IMG/VR virus record: IMGVR_UViG_3300039305_000013
Coordinates: 1-37,424 of that record
Direction: 5' to 3' (one strand)
From: a virus
Taxonomy: Duplodnaviria > Caudoviricetes
DNA: 37,424 bases
Within the stretch, counting starts at the first letter, position 1. Each line of letters begins with the position of its first letter. The position numbers and the translations under genes were made by a program. Below, piece by piece: positions 37,122 to 37,424 of this stretch. The notes under the pieces were generated by a model. It had not been told where the DNA came from. It saw nothing but the letters and a program-made list of their open reading frames with translations, and made no database searches.

Positions 37122-37424
37122 CTACTTCTTTTTCTTGAGCTCCTGGAGCTTTAGACGAAGGGCCTCCTTGGAGGTGATCGCCTGCCGCGGGAGATTTACG
37201 CTCAGGTGGGGTCGAGGCGTCGGTTCTACCCGCAAAGTGCACTTCTCAATCATGGCCTGGATCGCCCGGCGTGTGACGAAGTCCTTGTTGGCTATGCGAA
37301 GGATCTCAAGGTTGCCTTTGCGAGCCTCAGTACGCAGGGCCGACTTGGTCAGCTGCCCTCGGAAGAAAAGGTCTGCAGCCATACCAAGAGGAATGGGATC
37401 ATCATCTCCGATGTTATTGGTCAT
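37122..37424 (-). CDS. Excisionase-like DNA-binding protein
   Basis: IPL..AA..FF.G.LT..ALRTEARKGNL...RIANKDFVT..AI..M..C pattern. Starts at the window edge. Confidence 0.6.
   Translation of the reverse strand: MTNNIGDDDPIPLGMAADLFFRGQLTKSALRTEARKGNLEILRIANKDFVTRRAIQAMIEKCTLRVEPTPRPHLSVNLPRQAITSKEALRLKLQELKKKK

Overview
A GC-rich temperate siphovirus prophage segment. The host is very likely alphaproteobacterial (Rhizobium/Agrobacterium-like), judged from gene families and regulator boxes. Order: end of the early/middle region (small ORFs, RNase H, putative late regulator; 1-3400); a moron cluster (DUF6173-like, thermonuclease, hypothetical); HNH, cos-like site, TerS/TerL and an HK97-type portal/protease/capsid; head-tail genes interrupted by an SGNH-like protein and a GH16 glycanase; a non-contractile tail module with a -1 frameshift chaperone and a lysozyme-bearing tape measure; a lysis cassette split by an RTX-like gene; then a right-arm accessory region (DUF6894-like, Crp/Fnr, LexA-boxed operon, candidate sRNA, DUF982-like, TadG-like, SRAP, lipoprotein). 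The window ends in four different excisionase-like/integrase-associated small genes with no integrase in between. The most interesting items are this orphan RDF-like array, the neck-locus esterase + glycanase pair, and the candidate CtrA-driven sRNA. All family calls come from motif recognition by eye, without database searches.
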